This document shows positions 28,858-37,248 of a DNA stretch of 60,964 nt, in pieces. Below the pieces are notes generated by a model. The model had not been told where the DNA came from. It was given only the letters and a program-made list of their open reading frames with translations, and did not search any database. This DNA is from an uncultured Ignavibacteriales bacterium (lineage in GTDB: Bacteria > Zixibacteria > MSB-5A5 > GN15 > FEB-12). The DNA is taken from NCBI GenBank assembly GCA_964618515.1, contig CAZUAS010000002.1:3451-64414 (forward strand), in the 5' to 3' direction. The number at the start of each line of letters is the position of its first letter. Within the stretch, counting starts at the first letter, position 1. A program made the translations under genes and the position numbers.

Positions 28858-31779
28858 ATGAAGACCCTCACAATCGGTTTAATTTTTTTATTCTCTTTAT
28901 TACAATTTTCCTCAGTACAAGGTGAAATCCCAACACAAAGACCTGCTTTACAAGGTTTTTCCGGGCCACCTCTGATTTTTACTGCCAATTATGGTCAATG
29001 GGACCAAAAAGTATCTTTCAGATGCGATGCGGGTGGAGCTGTTATCTGGTTTACTCGTGATGGTGTTTACTATCATTTTAACCGCCGCCTTTCTGCAGAA
29101 AATGCCAGCCACAACCGCCTTCCCCACCTTCAGGATAATACCTTTTCAGACCAGGTCTTATTTGAACGGCTTTTGATTAAAGCGGAATTTGTTGACGCCA
29201 AGATGAATCCTGAACTAACCGGGCGGCAGCTTTCGGGACATATCACCAATTTCATTAAAGGAAGTAACCCTGAAGACTGGCAAACCAATGTTCCCGGTTT
29301 CCGGTCAATTACTTATGAAAACATCTATTCCGGTATTAACCTGACCTATTACGTTAATAATGGGCAGCTCGAGTACGATTTCGTCGTCTCTCCCGGAGCC
29401 GAGCCGGAACGGATTAAGATCAATTATAATGGAGTTAAAGGATTATCCCTTGACCAGTCGGGGCAATTGCTTATTGAAACTGCCTGGGGTATTATAGTTG
29501 AGCAAAAACCGGTTTTCTACCAGTTAGAGAACGGACGCCGAAAAGCTGTCGAGGGCAATTACCGTCTGATTGATAATACCACTTTCGGCTTTTCTCCGGA
29601 GCCAGCTTATGATAAATCATTACCGCTGGTTATCGACCCGGTTTATGTATTCAGTACTTACCTGGGCGGAAGTATTGAAGACTGGGGGTTCGATATTACG
29701 GTTGATAAGGACAGTAATATCTATGTTACCGGAATGACTTACTCGGCCGATTTCCCTCTGGAAGCACCTCTTATCGATACTCTCACCGGTACTTCCGATA
29801 TTTTTGTTACCAAACTTAAAACAAGCGGTGATTCACTATTTTTCAGCACTTATCTGGGTGGTAACGGTTCCGATTTCGGGCTCGCCATGACAGTCGACGA
29901 GGACAGCTATTGTTATATTACGGGGACAACTTATTCAACTGATTTTCCGACCGTGAACGCTCTTCAAGAAAACCCCGGAGGTAACGGTGACCTTTTCATC
30001 ATAAAACTCAATCCTGCCGGGGACACCCTGCTTTACAGCACCTATCTGGGCGGTAACGGTTTCGACGGTGGCGAGGATATCATTATTGATGGCGACCGTA
30101 ATATTTATGTAACCGGCGGAACCGATTCGGACAATTTTCCGTTAGCCTTACCTCTTTATACGAACAAACTTCAGCGAGACGCCTTCGTATCAAAAATAAG
30201 CAGCAACGGCAGCACTCTGCTTTACAGCACTTACCTGGGTGGTGACAAGGGCGATTTCGGGAAAGCCGTTGGTCTTGACGGTGAAGGTAATATTTTAATT
30301 CTGGGCACAACCAATTCGGATAATTTCCCCAGCCACCGGGCTATTCAGGATGAACGTGGCGGTTTATACGATGCCTTTTTAACCCGCATAAGCAACTCCG
30401 GAACTTCTCTTATTTACAGCACCTATCTCGGCGGTCTTGACGATGATTGGGCTATTGATATGAAAGTCGATGCCGACGGCTATGCATATCTGACCGGTTA
30501 CACCTTTTCCTATGATTTTCCAAAGAAGAATGCTTTTCAAAATGCTAAAGCCGCCCTGGCGGATGCTTTCGTGACTAAAATCGATTCTTCGGGAGTAACC
30601 CTTATTTTCAGCACTTTTCTTGGTGGCAATCAAAACGATTACAGTCAGGGAATTGCCTTTGATACCGCCGGCCGGGTATATGTTACCGGAAGCACGGAAT
30701 CAACCAATTTCCCTCTGAAAAGAGAAATTCAAAATTACCAGGCCGCCAGTGATGCTTTCATTACCAAATTCAATGTCACGGCCAGCCTGTTGTTTTTCAG
30801 CTCTTATTTGGGAGGTAATGCCGGTGATGCCGCCAATTGCCTTGAGGTTGACCTGAACGGTCATATCTATCTGGCAGGTTCGACCTCGTCAACCGATTTC
30901 CCTATGGCTAATCCGCTTTATGACATTCTTACCGGCGTCAAAGATGTATTCATTACAAAAATTTTCGACGACTGTATCGACGACGACCAGGATGATATTT
31001 GTGAAGGTGAGGACAACTGCCCCGAGGTGTACAATCCCGACCAAACCGATATCGATGGCGACTTAGTAGGGGATGCCTGCGATACCTGCACTGATACGGA
31101 CGGTGACGGATTCGGTAACCCGGGTTTTGCCGCCAACACCTGTGATACTGATAATTGTCCCTACATATATAACGCTGAGCAGGAGGACAGCGATTTTGAT
31201 GGTATCGGGGATTCCTGCGATATCTGCCTTTATGACCCCCAGAATGACATCGACGGCGACGGCATCTGCGGCGATATAGATATATGTCCTTTCGACTATG
31301 ACCCCCTACAAACCAATGTCGACGGTGATGATTACGGTGATTCCTGCGATAACTGCCCCGAAGTATTCAATAACGACCAGACGGATACCGACGGTGACGG
31401 TCTGGGAGATTCCTGCGACATCTGCATAAACGATTTCTACAATGATATTGATAACGACGGCTTCTGCGGCAACATCGATAACTGCCCCTTCTTTTATAAC
31501 CCGGATCAGCTCGACGCCGACAGCAACGGTATTGGCGATGCCTGTGAAACCTGTTGTGTGGGAATCACCGGAAATGCCGATTGCTCCATGATTGACGATC
31601 CGGACATATCCGATATTACCCGTCTGATTGATTATCTCTACATCAGCCATACCCCTCTTTGCTGCCCGGAAGAAGCCGACGTCAACGCCAGTGGCGGACC
31701 GGACCCGGATATTTCCGACATCACCCGCCTAATCGATTATCTCTACCTGAGCCATAACCCTCTGCCGGATTGTCCATAA
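28858..31779 (+). CDS. Secreted giant protein: signal peptide, ~11 SBBP beta-propeller repeats, thrombospondin type-3 Ca-binding repeats, and two dockerin-like segments
   Basis: 973 aa. Repeats STYLGG..D.G..I.VD..GN.YVTG.T.S.DFP (SBBP-like). DNCP..YNPDQ.D.DGD..GD.CD repeats x~6 (TSP3). C-terminal duplicated DISDITRLIDYLY(I/L)SH.PL. Confidence 0.8.
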   Translation: MKTLTIGLIFLFSLLQFSSVQGEIPTQRPALQGFSGPPLIFTANYGQWDQKVSFRCDAGGAVIWFTRDGVYYHFNRRLSAENASHNRLPHLQDNTFSDQVLFERLLIKAEFVDAKMNPELTGRQLSGHITNFIKGSNPEDWQTNVPGFRSITYENIYSGINLTYYVNNGQLEYDFVVSPGAEPERIKINYNGVKGLSLDQSGQLLIETAWGIIVEQKPVFYQLENGRRKAVEGNYRLIDNTTFGFSPEPAYDKSLPLVIDPVYVFSTYLGGSIEDWGFDITVDKDSNIYVTGMTYSADFPLEAPLIDTLTGTSDIFVTKLKTSGDSLFFSTYLGGNGSDFGLAMTVDEDSYCYITGTTYSTDFPTVNALQENPGGNGDLFIIKLNPAGDTLLYSTYLGGNGFDGGEDIIIDGDRNIYVTGGTDSDNFPLALPLYTNKLQRDAFVSKISSNGSTLLYSTYLGGDKGDFGKAVGLDGEGNILILGTTNSDNFPSHRAIQDERGGLYDAFLTRISNSGTSLIYSTYLGGLDDDWAIDMKVDADGYAYLTGYTFSYDFPKKNAFQNAKAALADAFVTKIDSSGVTLIFSTFLGGNQNDYSQGIAFDTAGRVYVTGSTESTNFPLKREIQNYQAASDAFITKFNVTASLLFFSSYLGGNAGDAANCLEVDLNGHIYLAGSTSSTDFPMANPLYDILTGVKDVFITKIFDDCIDDDQDDICEGEDNCPEVYNPDQTDIDGDLVGDACDTCTDTDGDGFGNPGFAANTCDTDNCPYIYNAEQEDSDFDGIGDSCDICLYDPQNDIDGDGICGDIDICPFDYDPLQTNVDGDDYGDSCDNCPEVFNNDQTDTDGDGLGDSCDICINDFYNDIDNDGFCGNIDNCPFFYNPDQLDADSNGIGDACETCCVGITGNADCSMIDDPDISDITRLIDYLYISHTPLCCPEEADVNASGGPDPDISDITRLIDYLYLSHNPLPDCP

Positions 31780-31803
31780 CCTTACCTTGAGCAGAGTCTT
31801 AGA

Positions 31804-31834
31804 CCGTCTTTTAAAAAGAAGGCGGGGGGTTTTT
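31804..31834 (+). terminator. Probable intrinsic terminator after the SBBP gene
   Basis: Imperfect stem CCGTCTT...AAGGCGG followed by GGGGTTTTT. Confidence 0.45.
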
Positions 31835-31858
31835 GCTCATCACCTTCAAAAATTATAG

Positions 31859-32113
31859 TTAGATTTCCTTAAGCGCTTTGACCTGGCGCAGTTTGCGAAA
31901 GAGTTCCACATATTCTTTTACCATGACTTCCTCCGCCTGCGACAGACCCTCCATCATGGGAATCCCGATTCGTAACACCGCCCGGACAATATCCGCCGTG
32001 GTTCGGTCATATTTCCGGGCTAATTCCTTCAGCCGGTTTTTCAGCTCGTAGGAAACGAAAATATTAAGACAATGCTCGCCCCTTAATTTTACCTGAGATT
32101 GGTTTTCTTTCAT
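31859..32113 (-). CDS. Small ribbon-helix-helix-like DNA-binding protein
   Basis: 84-aa ORF. The segment NIFVSYELKNRLKELARKYDRTTADIVRAVLRIG resembles an RHH strand-helix-helix. An AGGAG-type SD lies in the 16-nt gap after the upstream gene. Confidence 0.45.
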   Translation of the reverse strand: MKENQSQVKLRGEHCLNIFVSYELKNRLKELARKYDRTTADIVRAVLRIGIPMMEGLSQAEEVMVKEYVELFRKLRQVKALKEI

Positions 32114-32129
32114 TTTCTTCTCCTTTCAT

Positions 32130-32741
32130 TTAGTGATATTTTTCATGGCCGATTAAAACCTGCGGGGTTTTAATCTTCAAACTGTATTTCTCTTTTAAGA
32201 TTCTGATAACGGGTTGCCACGTACCTTGCGGGTCCCGGCTACGGATTAACCTGTCAATTTCAGCACGGTGCGGAGACTGGCACACCGGACAGGCCTTAGA
32301 AATTCCTTCTTCAGCCGGTTTAAAAGTCACGTTATATAATTCCGCCATCAACGGTGACAGTTCCTTTTTAAGCTTCTTTATGGCTCTTTTATGCAAAGCT
32401 TCCAGTTTATAAACAGCCCGGCCTGATTTTTCGGAAATCTGACGATAACTCTGCCCGATATAATAAAACCTCTCGATAAACTCCTTTTCGTCTTCACTCA
32501 AACACCTGAGCGCCGCAGACACTCGTTCCTTGATATAAATCTGTCGTCGCAGATCCTCCTGGTATCCCTTGTCATCAGAATACAACACCGCCTCCTCCGC
32601 AACCTCATTGATACTCCCCTCTTCAAACGTTAATCCATCCTCCAACTGATAATATCGATATTTAATATTTCTTATTTTTTCGGGGTCAGTCCCCAGCTCC
32701 ACAATCCAGTTTCGATAAACTATCCGGCTTCGACCCATCAT
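32130..32741 (-). CDS. Sigma-70 region-4-like HTH protein with C-terminal CxxC...HxxxH segment and no region 2
   Basis: 203 aa. LSEDEKEFIERFYYIGQSYRQISEKSGRAVYKLEALHKRAIKKLKK resembles sigma r4.2. C-terminal CPVCQSP...GHEKYH. No recognisable -10-binding region. Confidence 0.55.
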   Translation of the reverse strand: MMGRSRIVYRNWIVELGTDPEKIRNIKYRYYQLEDGLTFEEGSINEVAEEAVLYSDDKGYQEDLRRQIYIKERVSAALRCLSEDEKEFIERFYYIGQSYRQISEKSGRAVYKLEALHKRAIKKLKKELSPLMAELYNVTFKPAEEGISKACPVCQSPHRAEIDRLIRSRDPQGTWQPVIRILKEKYSLKIKTPQVLIGHEKYH

Positions 32742-32842
32742 CCCTCCTTATTTACATCAGGTGCATACTTTACATTCCATTTTGATTGTTGCAAGATAAA
32801 GATGCCGCCAATTAGATGGTTTGTCGATGACATGATAGTCAC

Positions 32843-32887
32843 ATCACACAAGCGGTATTCAGCGGGGTGATTATCACATGTATCACC
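32843..32887. promoter_or_regulatory. Cluster of ATCAC/GTGAT half-sites upstream of the r4/RHH pair
   Basis: ATCAC at 32843-47. GTGAT-T-ATCAC palindrome at 32867-77. ATCAC(C) at 32882-87, forming GGTGAT-N10-ATCACC. Confidence 0.35.
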
Positions 32888-33002
32888 AGCGGTTCCGGAA
32901 AGTTACTCCCCGGATAAGTTTTTCTAAACTTTTACCGTTTTTTTACATATATTAACTATAAGTAATAAAACAGGCTTTCAAGCCGATTAATAATTTAAGT
33001 GG

Positions 33003-33218
33003 ATGAATATGAAAGATGATAAAAATAATATCAGCCGGCGCCGCCCTGTAATCAGCGGTTTTATATTGTTGGGGCTGGGTATTTATTTACAATTATGGTC
33101 CATGGACCTTATTCCGGATTTTGACAAAACCTGGCCGTTATTTATTATTATTATTGGCCTGGCTTTAATCTTCGGTACTTTTACCCGTAAAAGAGAAGCG
33201 GGTAAAAGCCACCTGTAA
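33003..33218 (+). CDS. Small two-TM membrane protein (LiaI/LiaF-N-terminal, DUF5668-like)
   Basis: 71 aa. Two hydrophobic helices GFILLGLGIYLQLW and WPLFIIIIGLALIF followed by a basic tail. Lies 12 nt upstream of the CPBP gene. A paralog lies at 50611-50769. Confidence 0.55.
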   Translation: MNMKDDKNNISRRRPVISGFILLGLGIYLQLWSMDLIPDFDKTWPLFIIIIGLALIFGTFTRKREAGKSHL

Positions 33219-33230
33219 TCACGTCTCCCG

Positions 33231-34019
33231 GTGAGTGTCGCCTTGAATAATCATGACTTCGAACGCATCCCGGCTTATGAGACTATCAGTCCCGTTGGTA
33301 CAAGCAACGCCTTTGCTCTTTTTCAAGCGGATTTTAATAATCAGAATTTCAAGGCCGGTTTTTTTACTTATTTTAATCTGGTAATACTTCTTCTCATTTA
33401 TCCCGGCTTGTCCCTGATAGGCATCGGCGATACTTCAAACATGCTCAAAAATATCAACCAGCAGGCTCTGGCTTTTCTCTTAATCTCCACCATTCTTTTA
33501 CAATGGGTCATCTTTCTGGTTAATTTCGCAGGTGCCTACGTTGAAAACACCGGCCTTGCTGGCTTGGGACTGGTAAGGATCCGCTATGTCGATTTTGCCT
33601 GGGCTTTCAGTTTTCTTCTGATGTCCAATCTTATTCTCTCCGGTCTGGCCTGGTTTTTGGCCCAAATCGGCCTGCCAATGCCGGGTGAAATAGCCTTTTT
33701 AATCCCTACCGAAAACACCGGCCGCCTGCTCTGGGTGTTTGTTTCTTTCACGGCCGGGTTTTGCGAGGAAATCGCCTTTCGCGGTTATTTGATGACCCGG
33801 TTGCGTCTTTTAGGAAAGTTTAAAAGCTGGCTTGTTCCCACAGTCGTATCGGTTCTTATATTCGGGGTTTGCCACAGCTACCAGGGTTTGCCCGGGTTTA
33901 TCATCATCAGCGTTTACGGGCTGATGTTTTCTTTATTATTTATCAAAACCCGACGCCTTTGGCCCTGTATAATTGCTCATTTTTTCCAGGATTTCAGCGC
34001 CATTTTCTTCCCGCAATAA
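33231..34019 (+). CDS. CPBP-family intramembrane glutamic endopeptidase (CAAX protease-like)
   Basis: 262 aa with a GTG start. Motifs FCEEIAFRGYL, FGVCHSYQG and IAHFFQDF. Confidence 0.85.
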   Translation: MSVALNNHDFERIPAYETISPVGTSNAFALFQADFNNQNFKAGFFTYFNLVILLLIYPGLSLIGIGDTSNMLKNINQQALAFLLISTILLQWVIFLVNFAGAYVENTGLAGLGLVRIRYVDFAWAFSFLLMSNLILSGLAWFLAQIGLPMPGEIAFLIPTENTGRLLWVFVSFTAGFCEEIAFRGYLMTRLRLLGKFKSWLVPTVVSVLIFGVCHSYQGLPGFIIISVYGLMFSLLFIKTRRLWPCIIAHFFQDFSAIFFPQ

Positions 34020-34035
34020 TTAAATCCGACCAAAA

Positions 34036-34072
34036 TAAAAACCAGCACACCTTACGGCACGCTGGCTTTTTC
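34036..34072. terminator. Bidirectional terminator between convergent genes
   Basis: Stem CCAGC (34042-46) / GCTGG (34061-65) with an internal loop. Flanked by an A-run and a T-run. Confidence 0.55.
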
Positions 34073-34100
34073 TCATTGGCTCTTTGCTGCTGCAAAAAGT

Positions 34101-36845
34101 TTATTTTAATAGAATCATTTTTCGTTCCTGTGAATAATGGCCACTAGCCAGACGATAAAAATAAATTCCGCTGGCAACCCGGGTATTGACCTCATCGGTA
34201 CCATCCCAGACCACGCGGTGTTCACCGGCGCCATAGTAACTGTCGGCCAGAACTTTGACCGTTTGTCCAAGCAGATTATAAACTGTAAGAGTAACAGCCA
34301 TCGGTGCCGGCAGGGAGAAGGTTATTACAGTCGCGGGATTGAAGGGATTGGGGTAATTCTGGTCAAGAGAAAAGATTTCCGGCAACCGTGGTTCATCATC
34401 ATCGACAGCGGTGGCCAGGTAAAGATAATTACCGGCATAAACCGTCAGGCCGTTTTCCCTGGGGTCGACCCAGGCAAACCAAGCCCGGCCCCGGGCGGCG
34501 TCAACCGAAGGTGACTGCATGAATTCCGGAAATACCGATGATACCAGCTGATTGCCCCCCAGTGGCACTAAGGTATTATTATAAAGCTGGAAATAGATCA
34601 GTTTGGCGCCTGTCCGATGGTCGGTCCAGGTCGCCGTGATATAATCATTTTCATCGACCGCCAGGGCTGGTTCGACAGGGTCAGCCGACTCATTATCATC
34701 AACTCTTACCGGCGCCTTTATGACACCACCACTGTTGTTAAGAACCGTCAAATACATGCGATAACGACTCCCGTCAAAACCGGTCCAGAGCAGGTAAATA
34801 TCACCGCCGGAATTAACGTCCACCGCCACCTCGGAAAGTTCTACTCCGGTTACCGACGAAACCCAGCTGAAAGTACCTCCGAGAGTTTTATCCCCGTTAA
34901 AGAATTTTACCTTTACCGCCACCGGATTGAGACCATAATCCACCCAGGTAACATAGAACCGGTTTTGGGCGTCGACGGTTACTTTAACATCGCCGTTTTC
35001 CAGGTCAACCGCATCGGAGCTAATCTGAAATTCAGCTTCTTCGGGCTGTCCCATTGAATTCAACCACCTTCCGAAAACCTGGGACGAACCGGTACGTTTA
35101 TCCAGCCAGGTAACCAGGCTTCTGCCGGTATTATTAACGGCCACGGCCGGATTAGCTTTCACCTCAATCCGTAAAGAATCGGAAATCAGAAATTCATCGC
35201 TGTTCATAATACCGTAAGGAGTACAAAAACGGCCGTAAATTCGCTGCCCCGATAGCCCGTTAAGCGCGCGTCCATCGACCCAGACTATCAAAGCACCGGT
35301 TGAAGTCGCGGCGGCATACGGCTCGGCTTGAAGGTTAAATCCGATATCCTGATTTACCTTCCGGTTATACCCGATTTTATCACCGTTGTTGGTAACCACC
35401 TGCAAATAAATATCCCCGAAGTCATGACGGCGGTCCGTAAAAACCAGCAGGTTATACCAGTTGGTCAAAGAAATTACCATCGGCTCCAGCGAGGGAGCGC
35501 CGACGGCATCGTCATTAATTTTTTTCTCGTCCGATGTAATTTTCGTCCAGAGAGTATCATATAGTATAAAATGAATGTCGGTATTACTGTGGACGGACTC
35601 CGTCCAGGCAAATCCCATCCGGTTGGATGGCGCCATGACCACGCTCGGATGCCAGCGCTGGTCGATTATGGAACTGTTAACCTGATGCGGACTGCCGATT
35701 GGATTGAGGACATTGTCAAAACGTAAACCCATAATCTTGTTCTGGCTGCCGAACGATGACCACACCGCTACAAGACGGCCACCGGAAGTTACCGCCAGGC
35801 ACGGGTCCCAATTTGTCACCTGGTTGTCCGGTACCGAGATTAAAAGGTTTTCACCAACCAGACCGGTCTGAGGATTATATTGCTGAATATAAATTTCATG
35901 CGTGCTGCGAAGGTCAACCCAGCTGATGATATAGTTGTGTATTGAAGAATAGACAACCCGTGGCAAATACTGGTCACTGCTGCCAGCGGGAGGGGGCACC
36001 AGTGTAAAATCTCCACCCACAGCATCACCGCCGCCTGAAAATAACCGGGCATAGATATCGGCCTGGCCGTTTCTATAATCCTCCCAGGTCACCAGGAAGC
36101 CGCTGCCCGGCTGGACAGCCACCGAAGGTACCCATTTCATAGCCGTGCCACCATCAGCATCGACCCGGGTCGGTCCCTTTACGGAATTACCGGACAAATC
36201 ATAAATGCGCATATATATCGCCGAACCGGATACCGCGTAATTTTCCCATACCACTACCAGCCGCCCCGAAGGATAAATATCAAAATCATATGGTCCCGCA
36301 AAAGATGACTGGCTGGTATCGTTTACCAGAAAGGTCGGTCGTTCAATTGACAGAGCGGAGTTGTAAACCCGGCCGTATATCAAACCATTGGTTCGGTCAC
36401 GATAGAATAAAAATACCCGCCCGAGAGTGTCTGTTTTGATTTTAGGGTCAACCAGGTCAGCCCCGTTATCAGAACTCACCATCAACTGATTGACACCAGA
36501 CGGATTTCCATTACCGTCCATAAGTTGCATGAAGATTTTACTGGAACCAAACCGTTCATCCGACCAGACCGCCAACCACCGGTTATCCTCCAGAAAACAG
36601 AGACTGACATTATCCTGGTTAAAACGTGCCGGCGCAACCGATTCCGATATACTAACTTCATCTTCAACCGAGACGTTGAAAGAAACAGGATTTTTCAACA
36701 TTGAAGTGGAATTTCTGCTGGATAAATCAAGACCAGCCATCCGAGAGGCATGCTCATAAGCCCGCTCCATACCCATAACCGGTTTAATCAAGAACCAGCA
36801 CAGAACGATAAAAAAGGTAAATCTTAATAAAAACATAATGCTCAA
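34101..36845 (-). CDS. Secreted ~14-repeat (PD40/TolB-like) protein with T9SS C-terminal sorting domain
   Basis: 914 aa. Signal peptide; start is TTG at 36845 or ATG at 36836. Repeats every ~55 aa of the form (V/A)W.D.R.G...IY.Q.....G...G. C-terminus LDQNYPNPFNPATVITF...WDG...ASGIYFYRL...K (Por/T9SS type A CTD). Confidence 0.8.
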   Translation of the reverse strand: MSIMFLLRFTFFIVLCWFLIKPVMGMERAYEHASRMAGLDLSSRNSTSMLKNPVSFNVSVEDEVSISESVAPARFNQDNVSLCFLEDNRWLAVWSDERFGSSKIFMQLMDGNGNPSGVNQLMVSSDNGADLVDPKIKTDTLGRVFLFYRDRTNGLIYGRVYNSALSIERPTFLVNDTSQSSFAGPYDFDIYPSGRLVVVWENYAVSGSAIYMRIYDLSGNSVKGPTRVDADGGTAMKWVPSVAVQPGSGFLVTWEDYRNGQADIYARLFSGGGDAVGGDFTLVPPPAGSSDQYLPRVVYSSIHNYIISWVDLRSTHEIYIQQYNPQTGLVGENLLISVPDNQVTNWDPCLAVTSGGRLVAVWSSFGSQNKIMGLRFDNVLNPIGSPHQVNSSIIDQRWHPSVVMAPSNRMGFAWTESVHSNTDIHFILYDTLWTKITSDEKKINDDAVGAPSLEPMVISLTNWYNLLVFTDRRHDFGDIYLQVVTNNGDKIGYNRKVNQDIGFNLQAEPYAAATSTGALIVWVDGRALNGLSGQRIYGRFCTPYGIMNSDEFLISDSLRIEVKANPAVAVNNTGRSLVTWLDKRTGSSQVFGRWLNSMGQPEEAEFQISSDAVDLENGDVKVTVDAQNRFYVTWVDYGLNPVAVKVKFFNGDKTLGGTFSWVSSVTGVELSEVAVDVNSGGDIYLLWTGFDGSRYRMYLTVLNNSGGVIKAPVRVDDNESADPVEPALAVDENDYITATWTDHRTGAKLIYFQLYNNTLVPLGGNQLVSSVFPEFMQSPSVDAARGRAWFAWVDPRENGLTVYAGNYLYLATAVDDDEPRLPEIFSLDQNYPNPFNPATVITFSLPAPMAVTLTVYNLLGQTVKVLADSYYGAGEHRVVWDGTDEVNTRVASGIYFYRLASGHYSQERKMILLK

Positions 36846-36870
36846 ACCTATAAGATTTCTTTATAGATAT

Positions 36871-36886
36871 TGCAAATTAGGTGCCC
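36871..36886 (-). promoter_or_regulatory. Sigma-54 (-24/-12) promoter candidate for the T9SS cargo gene
   Basis: Minus strand reads GGGCAC-CTAAT-TTGCA (consensus TGGCAC-N5-TTGCW) with correct GG-N10-GC spacing. Lies ~25-35 nt upstream of the candidate start codons. Confidence 0.5.
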
Positions 36887-37069
36887 TCCTGTAATAAAAT
36901 ATATATAATGAAAATAAAATAGCAAGGGAAAACTGTCAACCCCTAATTAATTGATATAATATGAGTTACTTCAAGATATTAATTTTTTTGTTTTAAGATT
37001 TAGGAACGCTTGTGAGCTTGATTAAAATTCTCTGCAAGCCTTTTCACAAATTTTCAAAATAATTAAAAA

Positions 37070-37082
37070 GTCAATAATTGAC
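37070..37082. promoter_or_regulatory. Inverted repeat GTCAAT-A-ATTGAC in the divergent intergenic region
   Basis: Perfect 6-bp arms. Lies ~190 bp upstream of the sigma-54-like promoter, a UAS-compatible distance. Confidence 0.3.
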
Positions 37083-37172
37083 AAACCGGTTGATTTTGGA
37101 TAGCTATACACTGAAACTCTTGCTTAATTTTAGACGTAGTAGAAGTAGGCTTATTATGCTCTGGACATTCGG

Positions 37173-37189
37173 TTTTCAAATTTTGAAAA
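37173..37189. promoter_or_regulatory. Perfect palindrome TTTTCAAA-T-TTTGAAAA upstream of the DUF4097 gene
   Basis: 8-bp arms, 60 bp upstream of the ATG at 37249. TTTCAA half-sites also occur at 37042-37047 and 37052-37057. Confidence 0.35.
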
Positions 37190-37248
37190 TCGAAATATTA
37201 AAAGGGTTGCTAAGTAATTGAAAATGTATTAAATCTGAAGGTGCCGGA

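Noticed and set aside
32787-32805. Sigma-54-like reverse-strand match TTGCAAGATAAAGATGCCG upstream of the r4-like gene
   Set aside because: The GG/GC spacing is two nucleotides too long, so this is not a credible -24/-12 element.
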